Shown piece by piece: positions 11,172 to 25,662 of a DNA stretch of 55,327 nucleotides (positions are counted from its first letter, which is position 1; each line of letters opens with the position of its first letter). Below the pieces are notes generated by a model, which had not been told where the DNA came from, made no database searches, and saw nothing but the letters and a program-made list of their open reading frames with translations. The position numbers and the translations under genes were made by a program. This stretch comes from Bigelowiella natans CCMP2755. Taxonomy: Eukaryota > Protista > Cercozoa. The stretch is from assembly GCA_000320545.1 (NCBI GenBank), contig ADNK01001270.1, positions 1 through 55,327 of the forward strand. The letters run 5' to 3'.

Positions 11172-12774
11172 GATACCCGTGTTGATGTTCCTATATTGGT
11201 GAAAGCACTGTATCGACAGCTTGCCAACACCAGAGCCTATGTCTACCATCGCCTTCGCGCTTTCAAGCCTCATGTGAGAATGGTCCATCATATACTCCAC
11301 CCCTGGTAATGATGGTGAGGATGATGAGTGACGGTGAGGATGATGATGATGATGATGCTGTAAACGCTGTAAACGCTTATATAACGATGATCACGAGGAA
11401 GATGAAATGAAAAGGCGGAGAAGGAGGAGGAGGAGGAGGAGGAGGAGAAGGAGGAGGAGGAGGAGACTGCGGTATCCCAATGAACTCTACTGTACGGTCA
11501 TGAAGGAATGGGCGTGGGTTCCCAGATCAGTGCGCATGAATCAGGGAAATACACCAAAAAAATCTCTCCGACACCTTCTGGCTTTATTTCTCCGTAAAGA
11601 AGACTAGTCTGAGCTTCTTCTGCGGCTTTTTCATCCATAGAACGATTTTGCCTACTTGAGAGAGCAGGAGAGGGGAGGGGAATTATCAATAATTGAAGTG
11701 AGCGAGCATCGAAGTGAAGTAATCGTCGTCAATATTATAGCTTCGTCATACTCAAAAAAATTGTTGACTTTCTTAATTATACCTACCACTAATACTACTA
11801 CTAATAATAATAATATAATAATGTAACACTGCTGCTGCTGCTGCTGCTGCCACCACACCGCCTTCCTACTTTTCAGATGTATTGATGACGCTGTAGACTT
11901 GGCGGATGAGATTCACTGCTTGTTGCGCGTTTTCCGTCAAGCTCTTCAACTCCCTTTCAGATGAAGTGCAGGCGCTGAGAAACCCCCTCCTTCGTGGAGG
12001 AGCCTGGTCGTCTTTCCTCGAATTATTGACGGTATTATTGACCGTAAAATCATCGTGTTTCGAGAACCCATTGGCTGCTGCTGCTTGCGTCCCCAAGGGC
12101 TGCAGTCGGGAGGAATTCCGCGGGATGTACTCATCCCATCGAGCTTCCCAGCCTTCCCAGTGCACCTTGACCGATTCCTTACTGGCTTGAATGATCGATA
12201 CTTTTCTCCACTTGTTCTTGTCGAGGCAGTCGCACTCATCGCCCACCTCCAGCCCGAGGCCAAACCGCTCGAGGAGCCCTTTCGCGGCGTGCGCAGCAGA
12301 TCCAGCTTTATCGCCTTGCATGTAGTTACGCGACAGGTTCTTCATTGAATCGCGCGGCTGCAACCGTACGGAGGATCTTCGAATGGTTTCGTCCCAGCTG
12401 CAGTTCCAGCCCTCCCAACGGACTTTGATCTCATCCTTGGAAGAGCCGATGACGGTCACATGCCTCCAGCGGGGAGCACCAGTCATGTCTTTGCAGTCGC
12501 ACTTATCGCCAACCTTCAAGTTCATTCCAAACCCGTGGATTATATCCGAATGATGATTTGCCGGTTCTCCTGCTGTTGCTGCGGCTCGCTTCCCGTAGCC
12601 GTGGAATTCGGCTTCGGCGACGCTCTTGCAATAGAGCGGGTTGTCTTCCGAGAAGATGGACGGGAGTGCCTTTGTATCCTTTTCCTCAGGGTAACTGACA
12701 GCAATGTTTTTATTTTTTGTGTTCTCGGTGCCGAGCGTATTATCCATGGAGCTGGTGCTAGAACAAGCTCCCAT
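10200..12774 (-). CDS. N-acylated protein with two Tudor/MBT-like repeats fused to a DOT1-like class I SAM methyltransferase (5 exons)
   Basis: Exon 1 has MGACSS plus two VGDxCDC..W..V....VxWEGW..WDE.I.R.S.RLQP repeats. It splices in frame (AA|gtagga...tag|G) to LLYGEIKPEGV, MVDIGSGVGKL and VIGVEISKDRY, then to ORF 10200..10598. Confidence 0.75.
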
Positions 12775-14122
12775 TCTTCCAAAGGCTGACCTACTGTGTT
12801 CGAATACCTACGGACGAGAATATGTTCAGTTGATGCCTGTTACGCGTATAGTGGTGAACTCATAAGCAGAAGGATCAAATTCAACGATAGGCAGCTGGCT
12901 ATATACTTTCTGCGTCCTACTCTGCGCGTCACTTCGTCTTTGCAGCGTTGGTTTGATTGGTGTTCATATCGATGTTCGTTCGAGTGTTCGCCTCCCCCCT
13001 TTTTTCCCCCTTCTTTCATCCTCGCTGAGGGAAATATTTTTACCCTTTAGGCTACGTGCGAAGTAGCCTATGTAATTTAAAGGCGGTTTTCCCACTTATG
13101 ACGGAGGTCGGATGATCCCACCGAAGAATGAAATAATTTTCCGATAACTACCGCGAGCGAAAGCAGAATAATGCTAGACCGGAAATTTCGAAATCACATG
13201 CAGAACCAAATGCACCGATCTAAATAAAAGGTGTTCATGGTTGCATATTTACCTTGAGGCAGAAGAGGGGTAGGGGGGGGGAGGGCAGCGCAACGAAGGG
13301 AGAGGGGTGGTGTTTCGTTAATGTGTTGTTAGGAAGAAAGTCAACCTGTAGACTTCTATTAAAATGCCCTGCGTTTCGATAAAATGCTCTATGCACTCGC
13401 AACAAATAATTAGCTTGTCCCAAAATATTCCAGCCCAAAACTCTCCTGACCAGGATTGACCAATCCGCGATTTTGCACGTGTCAAGGTAAACAGCGGAAG
13501 TCGTAGAATTGAATTTGAGGTAAATGTTTCCGGAAGAGGATGTTTGTCAAGACTAACTTTAGAGCTGGAACTGTTCGTCTCTTCGTTCAGATGTTATTTC
13601 CCTGTCCATTCAGGATTTTTTTCAAAACGCAAAGCTTTTGTGTTGTTATCGCAAACCAGGCGTCAATTTGCGCTTTTTTGCCGTTCGCACTTTATTTTCG
13701 TGTGTAGATTCGTCAAGTAGTTGGTAGTTTTTTTTATTCCCTCGAAGGACAATTGATATTCCTCCCCTACGTCAAGCATCATGAGAAAATATGGAGGAAT
13801 TTCGGTCCATTTTCACGAAAAGTTCGCAGCATCGACCGAGAGAGAATGGCTGGAAAGTGTGCAAGGAAGGAGGAGAGGTGTGTGTGTTCTACTTTTTCAG
13901 AAGCACTCCAAGCCATGTGCCTCGTGTGAGAACCTGTCCTCAGGGAGCGCCACCTCTGTATATGTGTCGCACTGTCCAAATGACAAGACTTCTGGTATTT
14001 TAATTGAAAGGCAAAAAATGAGAGCTGTTCTCGGTGTTTCAGGTTGTCGCATTATAGGAAACAGCATGCAAGTTTGTGTGTTGGGCGTCCGACTCGTACT
14101 CACTTTCCAGGGTATCTTCTCA

Positions 14123-17100
14123 ATGGAGGTCATGGAGGAAGTTGAAAAATATGGTATGGTGGTACCGTACGGAGACGATGTGGACAACAAGGAGGTGTGT
14201 TAGTCGCTAAGTATATGTTGCTTCAACTTGTCTCATCTATGTGATTTACAGGATGACGGGGAGACAGGGGCTGAAGGACGTGCGTTAACGCTCGAAGAAG
14301 AAAATGAGATCCTTCGGCAGCGCGTCGCAGAATGCAAAGAGAAAATTCTAGCTCTTGAGGAGAAGGTGGAATCTCTAAAAGAGGATGCAAAGAAAAGAAA
14401 GGAGAAAGTTGAATCTCCAAAAGAATATCAAGTGGCTGCTTTTGTAGTTTGTCGGAACTCTCCCTCTCTCTCTCTCCCCCGCTGGTGTGTATATGTGTGC
14501 TACTGAGAATCAATAATTTAAAATAACGTATATTGCTACCTCGTAACTATCATAGGAAATTGCGTACGACTGCTACGTGGAGAGGAGGGCACCAGCCCAT
14601 GGATATACCCCTAATGTTGTCGGACAGGTCTACGGTCATATCGATGATACGGATGATAAATCCAACAATAGCAGAAGCAAAGAAGTACCCAAGTCCCGAA
14701 AATTCATGTATTCTAGTAAGGATATTAAAGTAGTTCGGTTGCTAGGGAAGGGGAATTTTGCTCACACGTATGAGGCAGTCTTTTCTGACCAAAAGAAGCA
14801 GGTCGCTCTGAAGATCCCTAAGAGTAAAATATCGGGCGAGGAGTACAAGGCAGAGATGATGGGCCTCATGAGCGTTGCTGGGTAATGGATTGAATCGTGA
14901 CAACAGATGATACTTTTTATCTTCACTCAAGAAGCGAAAATGTTGTAACCTCCTAATTATTCCATGCGACGTGTTGATAATGTCTTCTCAATTTTTTATC
15001 CGCAGTCACCGTGTAGCCAATGTTCGGTACATGCAATCGCCTTATTTTGGACATGTTCCTCCCCCCCACCCTCTAGACAATCGAACATCCTAGATTTCTA
15101 CGGCGTGGTGATGCGGGATGGGCGGGAGTGCTTTCTGGTGGAGCATTGCGAATTGGGAAGCCTCGATAAGCTGCACACCAAGTTCAATCTCTCGGAGCCA
15201 GAGAAGTTCTACTCAATCGCAAGGGGGCTCTTCCTCGGCCTGCTGCACCTCCACCTCAACAATCTCATACACAGAGACATCGCGTGCCGGAACATTCTGG
15301 TGCGGTCGGACTGGACGGTTGCCATCGGTGACTTCGGCCTCACCGTGAGCTCTGCGGAGGGCTGCTACTCCGCTTCCAAGCAGGAGCCGCTCCCATGGCC
15401 CTGGATGCCTCCAGAGACGATCATGAACCTGGAGTTCAGACCGTCCTCCGATATATGGGCTGCTGGGGTGACGCTAATTGAGGTTCTCACCAAAGGCGGG
15501 CTCCCTTATTCCGACCAGAGCACAGGTAAATTACAACCGCTCAGTAAGATAGGCCGGGACATCATCTCTGGCACCCTACTTCCTGCCGCGCCTCAAAACA
15601 CCCCGCAACCGTACAGAGACTGCATCTCCGCGTGTCTACAATACCAGCCACATCCAAACCAGCACAATAAACACGTTAGAATGCACCGGAAGCGCCCCCC
15701 CATGCACGCGCGCGCGACTGCCCTCACAGCGCTCTTAGACCATATTCCTCGCGGCGGCGCGGCGATCCTCACATCTGGGACGCCGAGAATGAGAGAGGCC
15801 TTTGAGAGCTGCGTCAGAGAAGAAATCAACGTCGGCATTGACCGGATGGCGAAGTTTGGAGCGTTCTTTTCGTCCTGTGCCGCGCCTGGCGGGAGGTATA
15901 TCTTCGTATCCATTGCGTGGAGCCTCTGGAGCTACGACACGGTGAGTTGCCTCTGGGAAGAGATCTGCCAGATGCCGAAGCAAGCGGGCGTTGACAATGG
16001 AGTCGTAGAGAGCGAGATCTGCGTTAGCCCTGATGGCAGCCGGGTCTACTCTTTCGGGGGAGCGTTTGAGCGAAACGCCGGGGGTTATTCAAGCGCGATA
16101 TCCTACTCCTCGAGGGTGTATTGCTGCCACTTGACCAGGAAGGGGAAGAAGGAGGGGGGCAACGAGCACAGGGAGAAGAAGAGCACGATGGGGTCGGGGA
16201 GGTGGGAGTATGAATGGCGGGAGATGAAACCCCTCAAGGTTCCAATTGGGGGGCACCGAGTCTGTATTACACCTGATGGCACGGCTGTTTACATCATTGG
16301 TGGGAGTTCAATGTTGACGAATAGGCATCCTGTGACGAAGGACCAGGTCATGACCATCACACGCAAATGTATGGGAATCGCCACCGCCAAAGTGTGGCGC
16401 TATGACCTCAGACTAGCGAGTAGCGGCAATGAAGAGAGGGGGGGGGGGCCTATAGAGGAAGGGGGAGGAGAGCACTGCATCGAGGCACCATCCATGCTGA
16501 AACCGCGCACCGACAACTTCTCGGTGTGCATGGCTCTGAACGGCAGTAGACTTTTCGTAGCAGGGGGGCGGACACAGAAGCAAGGAGATGGCGGCAGGTC
16601 ACTCTTCTCGTGGCTCTTCTCTAGGCTTTGCTCCACGTCTCCGGACGCTACAAGCCACATGTCCGAAGACATAGAATACCTGGACTTCGCTACCCAGCGG
16701 TGGTACGAGGCTGGCGTAAATGTAACGCCATGCCGGGATCTTTTTGGCTGTGGCGTCTGCATTCTGCCGACTTTTGATCCTCGCGCCGTCTGCATTCTTT
16801 CTCGGAAATGGGTCGAGCGTCTGGACTTCGCTGCGGGGGAGAGCGTTGAGGAGGAGGAGGATGGTGATCCCGGTGCCGGTGAAGAGGAGGAGGGGGGAGA
16901 AGAAGTGAGAGAAGAGATCAAACTAAAGGGAAGCAAGGTAACGAGAAGAAGGCAAGCGACGAAGAAGAAGAAGACACGCTTGGCTAGCTATGAGAAATTG
17001 CATGAAATGCACAGCTGCCTGAACCAAAGGGCCCACCTTTTACTACCTCTTCCCGAAACGACTCAATGTAAGAAGGCGGCCGGCAACAGCTTGCACGGAT

Positions 17101-17267
17101 TTAATTCGCCCTCAATTTTGAAGATATACTCAGTCCATGTGATGCCAACATCAAAAGGATCAGCATTCTCGACGACAAAGAATACCAGGCCGATAAATGG
17201 AAAGCCAGTTAATCAGTTTCCAATCACAAATGTGCAGGTTGCGCAGAGATACGTTCGATTCAGTTGA
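14123..17267 (+). CDS. Coiled-coil + tyrosine-kinase-like protein kinase + Kelch repeats
   Basis: Kinase motifs LGKGNF, VALK, HRDIACRN, DFG, LPWPWMPPE and SDIWAAG. C-terminal Kelch-type VYSFGG, VYIIGG and LFVAGG. Confidence 0.88.
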
Positions 17268-18078
17268 AACAACCGCGCTGGGTGTCTGAGCCTAGGCGAT
17301 ATGGAAAACGGAACATTGATGTAGTCCAGGTCGTGATTATATTTGCGATCTTTTTACGCGCTACACGCTATGCCCATACGACGGACGCAACGCTCCAAAT
17401 GTGTGGTGCGATGCGCTATAAACCCTTGAGCTCTGCAGAGCTATATTAACTTTATGGACACAAAATCCATCATGCATACCTGCATTGCGTACATGTAGCT
17501 CGTATTCCTTGTTTCTACTTTCTAAAAATCGATGCTCGCTGTCTAGCTGTGCGTGCAGTGATGTGGGCGACACGTACTCTCATAGCGTCACACATGCCGC
17601 GCGTACTGCTATACGTCGTGCACGTGTACATAGCAGTCATAGCGTCCATCATGAGATCGACAAATACAGAAATACTACAAGTGAATAAACATGCATTATC
17701 TTGGTTCACGACACGCGCTCATCGGCGTATGCGATTTTAGAGTCATGTGCGGTGACCGCCCCTCTATCTAGCTAGCTAGCACTGCTATGCGTGAGCTGGG
17801 ACATGGTATTGACGACATTACATGCCACGGGGCATGCATCGTTGCAGCAACAGGCTACGTGCATGAGACAGCGTGCGTCTAGGCTTTGCATACGTACGGC
17901 GTGCTATGATGCGATGTGCATACGCGTGTTCGCACGCTGCCGCAGCACCGGTGGGATCATGCTGTACTCCTCTGACGTAGTCGTGTGAAGATAGCATGTG
18001 AGTTATCTCTTGCTTGTTCGGATGCATGCATGGCTAGATGGCAGCGTCGGTCCACCATCGATCACAGTCTAGCAGTAT

Positions 18079-18616
18079 TCACTTTGGCGTATGAGGTCCA
18101 AACCGAGCCGCGAAAGCATCTGCGTAAGCCTTTCGCATGTCCGCATCGGTAAACGACAGGTGCTCCCTGGTGAGAGCCTCGACCGAATCCATCGTGCAGT
18201 TCTCGAAGTAAACCGTCGGGTCGTCTTCATTCAGACCGAAACTCAGCTTCATCTCTTTGTATACCCCTACGCAAAAGACAATGGGATGCAATGGGATGCA
18301 ATGGTCAGGGAAGAGCTTAGCCGGGAGGGGAATTGAAATGAGAACGCGTTGAGTAGCAATTGTGCGAATCATGGATATATCTTCTTTCTCCTTCTGCTGT
18401 CAATATAATCTGTTTGCTCCTTTTTACCGATTGCATCGATCACATGATGGCGGTTCGCTCCCGGAGGGCACGCCTCAAGATGGACGCCATAGTCTTTTAG
18501 TGCCTTCAAAGCCTCAGCATCTTCAGTCGCTGCATAACCATGCCCTATGCGATCAACCTGACAACCGAAATCAGATGTACATCTCTGTGAATTTTTGATA
18601 CATATTAAAATGATTT

Positions 18617-18657
<41 letters not shown>

Positions 18658-19751
18658 AGAAAGAGGGCGATTGCATGCGAATGGACCTTCATATCTCGCA
18701 CGGCTGTGAGTACGTCATGTGGTCTCACCGCCTCCCCGGCATGAACCTATCACGACCATGAGCGACAATACACGAATGGACGAGGGACTCGATGAGAGTG
18801 CAGATCGAAACGACAAATACCCCACAAAGGCACACCGACCCACAAATAAAGTGTTCAATATAACAGCAGAAACGCTTACAGTTGTATTGAGTCCCAGCTG
18901 CTCTTTAGCTTTGCGAAAGCACTCCTAGATAATTGACATAATGAGGAGGATGAGTAACAATAATAATACAATGAGGTGGAAATTGACTAGGGGATACAAT
19001 AGGGAAATTCTTCCAAGAGAGACAGCTGAAGAAGGAATGCAGGTATTATTCACGACAACAAAGACCAGCAGCATTTTCGGCAATTATAGCGAAACTGCAG
19101 GTTCGAAAGGGGCATGCATCTCGAGAAATAAATCATCTGCTTTCGGCGCTATTACAATGTATGGTGCGTTGTCAAAGTCGGGCTCGTCTCCTGCAAGGTC
19201 GAGACTGCTCCCGGCAAGCAAACCAGCGCAACCACCAATAAATTAGTCCAACCACAAACATAAAGGCAACCATCACGATAAACGATGGGCAGGAATATTA
19301 AGAACGACAGCTTCACTAAAGGGGGGTAATTCATGCTCTTCATTGTGTACCCTACAACTCCCCCGAGTTCAAAAGACCGAAATCGGTCAGCTAGCTGCGC
19401 TACCTGCATCATTTTTACCATTTTCATCAGCCAGAGCAAACACACAAATCACACTCATCACGCATATAAATTTCACACGAATCAATCTCGGAAAGAGATG
19501 AGAAAGCGCGGATTCGGATCTTTGGTGCTGAATTCTCACGTCTAGTTTCAAGACAGTCGAGATTCATCGTGACCTTATCACAAGAGCTGGCATTTGTTCC
19601 TCTCATTGCGCAGAGGAGAGAATATACTGCTACACCGTGAGTCTCTGCGCCTTTTCGCAGGCCGCCTATAATTTGTTCGAGACATTACTGTGTAGAAAAA
19701 AAATGGAACGAGGAGGCGTTGCTTTGATCCATTCTTACAAATAGAGTTTCA

Positions 19752-19788
<37 letters not shown>

Positions 19789-20597
19789 TATGCCCATTCT
19801 TATGGCGGAATTTCATCATAAATGTATGTAAAATACTGTCGTGTTCATCTGCACTCATTTGCCACGCCTAAATCTCTACGGCCCTTCATCCTATCCGAAT
19901 AATCCCCTCTTTCTGCTGATATGTGGTCTATTTGCGAAAAAGGATACTACACTACTGCTACTGTAACAACAACAACTAATACTACTACTGCTGCTGCTAC
20001 CACTGATGGCTTTAATCGCGTCTTCCTCCGAAATTGATTTCCCGGTGTACATTGACTTGGCCATTCGTACAGGGTCGTATCTCACTTCGGTGTACCTTTA
20101 TGTTGTTGTGTTGTGTTGTTGGGCGGTGCTCTGTTTGGCATGTTCTCATCTTGTGAAGCAATCTTCTTTTCAATGCAAGGCTCTCACCCTACTCCCTGGT
20201 TAGCTTGTCTGGCTACGAAGTCCTCAGCGACAGAGGCGAGAGAGTCAGGGTCGCCTCCGATGATATTGTTAACTACATCAAAACGCTGCCAACTTGAGGT
20301 CACGTTGTCCAACGCGCGCCAAATATCTGCCGTACTCCTATTATTGACAAACAGCAAAGTGGAGGTAATCAGCCATGGATTAGTTAAAGAGCAAGAAGGA
20401 ACTTACTTTGGGATTCCAATGCCTGGGATGTGTACTTCCTTCTCCGTAGCTATGGCGAAGAGGGAGGGTACAGGAACAGAGCCGTCGAGATGTATGTGAA
20501 GTTCGACCCTAGGACGATTTTGAAGAATGTTGCTTGTACTTGGGTCAAAGCTCAGCGCAAGCCCCAGCAAGGAGAGGAACAATGCGGTCTGGACCAT
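18079..20597 (-). CDS. ADA: Adenosine deaminase (amidohydrolase superfamily) with predicted signal peptide, multi-exon
   Basis: Motifs VELHIHLDGS, RYDP, RIGHG, HLEACP and GLNEDDP. Hydrophobic N-terminus MVQTALFLSLLGLALS. Confidence 0.9.
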
Positions 20598-21585
20598 GGC
20601 TTTGTGGGATGGGGTAAACTTGGAAAGTGTTGTGGAAAATGTTGTTTTTGTTGTCATCTGTTTAGAGAAGAAATTCATAGATTAAATCGCTTGTTCAAAT
20701 CTACAAAATAACTTCAACTTCTCGCAAAGATCAGTGCTCAACGATGTGTTTTATTTGGACTTTTTCTCAACGAAGCCACATCTGAACAAGACTAAATTTC
20801 TCTCTGCGACATGAAATTCGAACGATTACTCCTCGGCACATCGAATTCCATTCTTTGAAGAGCTTGCCGCAGGTATTGTTGATCGGTTTGACAACCTTCA
20901 ATTACAAAAAAAGAAATGAATTTGTCGTCTCCTTCTCGGTTGGCCAGAATCCATGGATCATGAAGTTTTTAAGGTGATGGGGAAACCATTCGGATGTAGA
21001 ATTTTCAGAAATTCACATGCAAGATTACATAGAAAATTGTCCCAGAGCTCAATATTATCCTGGAATCCCAATTTAGGAAATATATCTCGCGGTTTTTTAG
21101 TTGGGAAATCTGTACTCGTGAGAGCCGTGCGCTGCGGGACCCAACAGAAGCTTGAACTCCAAGATGTAGTCTACTTTATGGATAAAATGCCCTGTATTTG
21201 TCATCAAAATAAGGATATGATCGGTATCCCCGGGAAAGAGCATTGGCTGGGGCCAAAACTCGAAGGCACACGGTCCTCCCCCCAACCCTACCTTAAACCA
21301 ACGCCTCGCCAGGCAGTAAGGGCTCGTTAGGAGAACGGATCTTCTTGTGAAAAAGACATCTCTTCGTAGGCAACCAGATATCCAAAGTAAGAAGTTGGAA
21401 TAGTGCATTCTGAACGTGTTCGAAAGGAATAAGTCGCCCGACTGACAAGAACATTCCCTAGATAACTTAGCGCCTCCCTTTCCAAGCTCACATTGGAGGA
21501 TCAAAATAATTAAGAAATGGTTTTTCATTAATATAGAAGGAAATCCAGTCAAAGTTAGAGTGTCTCTTCTTCCTTCATAGTCACC

Positions 21586-22853
21586 ATGTCCAGTAAGAAT
21601 GCCCGGAGAAGGGGCACGACCCAGAAAGATAAGGCGTCTGCTGTCAAGGCGAAGGTCGCAATAGATCATAACCCTTTTGGGAAGTCATCACTCGGAGTGA
21701 ATGGATGTCACACGACACGTGCTTCTACTCCATAAAAAGTCCTTCCATCGCCTATACTGTTGTGTTGCCGGATTTATGCCTTCAGAGACATTGTTTGTTT
21801 CTACCGAGATATCGTCTAACAGTCTTTTCTTGAAGGAGGACGATGGACCGGAGCTCTTTTGCATCTGCCAGCAACCTTATGATTCCCGTCGCTTCATGAT
21901 TGGGTACGCATCACCCATATTCATATGACTCCGCTCCCCGCCCACAAAATGGTGAAAATTGCTTCAGGTGCGATCATTGTAATGGATGGTTCCATGCCCG
22001 TTGCGTCAACATCACAGTTGCCGAAGCTGAAAGGTCGTCGTACTCGTCGTCTTCTAATATTGTTCTTGTTTCTATGATCTCTGCCTTCCAGACTGAAACC
22101 CCTTCCTTTACACATTTTTACCATAATTAGGCTGGAGAACTTCATCTGCCCGCCTTGCAAACAAAAGAGGAAGAGAAAAGAAAGTAATACTCCCCTTTTC
22201 CTTCTTCTATTTTTTCGTCTAGTGTGATAACTGGAGGGTTTTCATCTGATTATAACACATCTCTCCTCTCCTCCTCCAGAGACGGATCGGGGAAAAAAGG
22301 GAAAAAGCAAAGGAAGCAGCGCTGCGAGCAGGAGTGGCGGTATGGCACGAGGGTCTGCAGAATATCGACCACCTTCTCGGAAGCCGAGTCAGCGTATCAA
22401 GCGACATGAAGTCCGCAAGGCGCAAACCTCAAACGACCAGCCTTACGAACCGAATTTCGATACCTCGGTAGATAAACCAGTAGCATGTATGTGCAAGCAA
22501 GAAAGAGGAAGGGGGGGGGGGGAAGAGTTAGTGGGGGAAAGGAACATTGCTCTTTTCTTTGTTTTTGTCCTCGTCGTCGCCACCATCAGTGTCGATGCTC
22601 ACGCAATGCCTTTCCTAACTTCCAGGATAGCGAGGCTGATGGCAGGAATGGGGAGCAGAATAATAATAAGATCCCCAAGATACCAGACCCTGAGCCGTCT
22701 GATTCCGAGGCATCGGTGCATTATCATCACAACAAAAAACGATACCACGACAATACGCTGATTTGCAATATGTGCAAATCATTGCCTGTAGCGACTACAA
22801 AGGAACACAAATGCATACACACAATCTATTGTATTTTACCCCCCCCCCTCTCT

Positions 22854-22887
<34 letters not shown>

Positions 22888-22896
22888 GTATAAATA

Positions 22897-22968
<72 letters not shown>

Positions 22969-23823
22969 ATGTTATATTTATACGCGTTGTAATCGTGTTT
23001 TGCAGGCTGAGATGGGTGTCTCAACGAAAGACCACACGCTGAGCGTCGATGTCCACGCCTACGCCATCACAGCCGAAGATCTGGGCGCCAACCTGGACCT
23101 TAGCTCCCTGACGGCCGATGACAGAGACGAAAAGCTAATTGCCCATCTCAAGCAAAGAGCCTTCGAGATCGAAGCTTCGCTCCACAGGACTCAATCTCTT
23201 GCGCAGATTAAAAAATCCGGTATGTATGCATGAATGTCCACAGAAATCGCCCTTTCCGCACACTCGGGAGAATTAGTCTGCGAGGCAGTGAAAAGAAGCA
23301 GAGGAGGAGGAATATTGAATAATACACACCCGGTGGGTGGCGACTTACTTCTTTTTTTCTCATCTTTGTGTTCCTTTGGTGGGGGGGTAGGCCTTGCATT
23401 CGCTCGTAGAAAGACGCTAGAGCTGCAAACGGAAAATCTCCTTAAGAAGCACAAAGGCTCCGAGGTGTGATAACAACATCGCATTTGTGTGTGTGTGGGT
23501 GGGGGGGAGAGAGAAGGGGGAGGAGGGGAGAAGAGGAGATGTGTGGGGGTGGCAACGAATAAAACGACATCTCCTTTCTTCGCATTTTTAGATTCCAGAT
23601 TTCAGCGATGAAAAGGCTGATGACCTTCTTAGGGGGATCAACAAGGTAGTAGTTTCATCGTCTATCTCCTTTCCCCTCTTTTTATTCTTGTTCTTCTTCT
23701 CCTCCCCCTCTTCCTTTTCACCCTCTTCTATCTCCATCTTCGTGGTTTACTCATCTATGTAATGCTGCCCAACTGTGAGCACTTCGCTACACTCCGACAA
23801 CACGATACCCACCACCACCACCG

Positions 23824-23857
<34 letters not shown>

Positions 23858-24875
23858 AACCACCACCAATACATCATCACCATAACACTATTATCATCCC
23901 CAGATATCACACCATCAATCATTGTTTTCAGGTTCGGCAGCTGCGTGAAGTGAGCGAGCACTGCATTAAATGTCCTGTCAGCAAGGGCTACATCCCGGTA
24001 CGTTGGCAATTAATAATTTTTATTCAGCAAAATATCGTTTATTTTCATCATTTGATGAAGCCTGTGGACACAGATTAATAAAAGTGGTTATCGTTTGATG
24101 ATAGGTCCACGTGTGAGATATTAATAGAGTACACATGTTAACCCTAGGTTCCTTTACAGGATATCACCATATCATCATATCATCAGCGCCTTCTCCTTTT
24201 CTCATGTTTCCTCCATTTTCTTGCTCTCTTGCTCTCTCCTCCTCCTCCTCCTCCTCCTCCTCCTCCTCCTACTACTACTACTACTACTACTACTACTAAC
24301 TACTACTGCGACTCACCACTCCAAAAAGATACCGGACTTCGAGAAGCACCTGGTCGAGTGCGCAATGCAGCAGGTGCTCAAGATCGAGGAGAACTCCTCC
24401 ACCCTCAAGAAGAAGATCATCAGGAAGCGCAAACTGCAGCAGAAACTTGAGATCTGCGGCTGCCCCCTTCTTCCCCAGGGAGGGGAGGAGGGCGAAGGGG
24501 AGGAAGGAAAGAACAAGATGGGTGAGGAGGGGCTCCTGAAGGAAAAGGAAAAGGAGGAGGACTCAAAGGCTGCAGAGCAACCGCTTGCTACTAACGGCGA
24601 TGTTGCTGCCGCCGCCGCCCCTAATGCATCGGTGACCACGACAGGAGCAGCTGCGAAATCGCCATCATCAGGAGGGCCAGAGGCGATGGAAGAGGACAAA
24701 GACACCACCGCTGGGGATGATGAGAAGAAGAAGGAGAATAGCAACAACACTGAAGTAGGAGGAGGAGGAGGAGGAGGAGCTGCCTCTACCTCTCCAGATG
24801 CTGCTGCTTCTGCTGCTGATGCTACTGCTACTGCTGGTGACAGTGCAAAAACAGACAATGGGAGCACTGCACCAC

Positions 24876-24925
<50 letters not shown>

Positions 24926-25058
24926 GCAGTCCCACCGGCAGATGAAGGAGCAACAGGGCCAAAATCTGCAGCAACCAGCAACTCCATGGAGGTCGAGAAG
25001 AAACAACAACGGAAAAATAATAATACACCTGTTGTGAAGGTAGTGAAATAGCAGTAGC

Positions 25059-25091
<33 letters not shown>

Positions 25092-25283
25092 CCCAAACGA
25101 AGAAGAAGAAGAAGAAGAGGAGAATCCTCATTCGAAAGGGTGGCCAAGCGAGGGAAAGATAGAGCAACTGTATCATGTGCAATCGTGCATGCTGCAATGG
25201 CGAGGGACCGGAAGTAGGGGATGGGGAAGTGGGGTGTTTTGTCGCTCTATCACGATCTTGTTCTTATCGCATTTGTCTTCTCT

Positions 25284-25318
<35 letters not shown>

Positions 25319-25631
25319 TTTTCCTCTTCTCATCGGTTTTTCCTTCCTACGTTTCCACTCTTACTACTACTACTACTACTACTACTACTACGCGTGACGA
25401 TGACGACGACGACGCCCAATCCCCAGACCGAAAAGATATCCACGCGTTCCTCCTCCTCGCCATCTAAGAGCAACTCTAACACTGCTGCCCCCCCCAATGG
25501 TGCTAATTACACCCTGTTGCCGTGGGTGACGAGGGGCATCATCACTGGTAATTGATTCCTCCGTCTATTCATTTGTTCGTAGGCCGGTGTGGAAAAACTG
25601 TGATAACTTACCTTCCTGTGCATGTGCGTGC

Positions 25632-25662
<31 letters not shown>

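Noticed and set aside
18079-20597. The adenosine deaminase as the enzyme causing the A->G erosion
   Set aside because: It is a TIM-barrel amidohydrolase of the free-nucleoside ADA family with a signal peptide, not a CDA-fold (HxE..PCxxC) polynucleotide deaminase. Proximity in a eukaryotic genome is not evidence.
20953-21669. ORFs 20953..21330(+) and 21097..21669(-) as genes
   Set aside because: No recognisable motifs; they lie in the divergent promoter/5'UTR spacer between ADA and the PHD gene.
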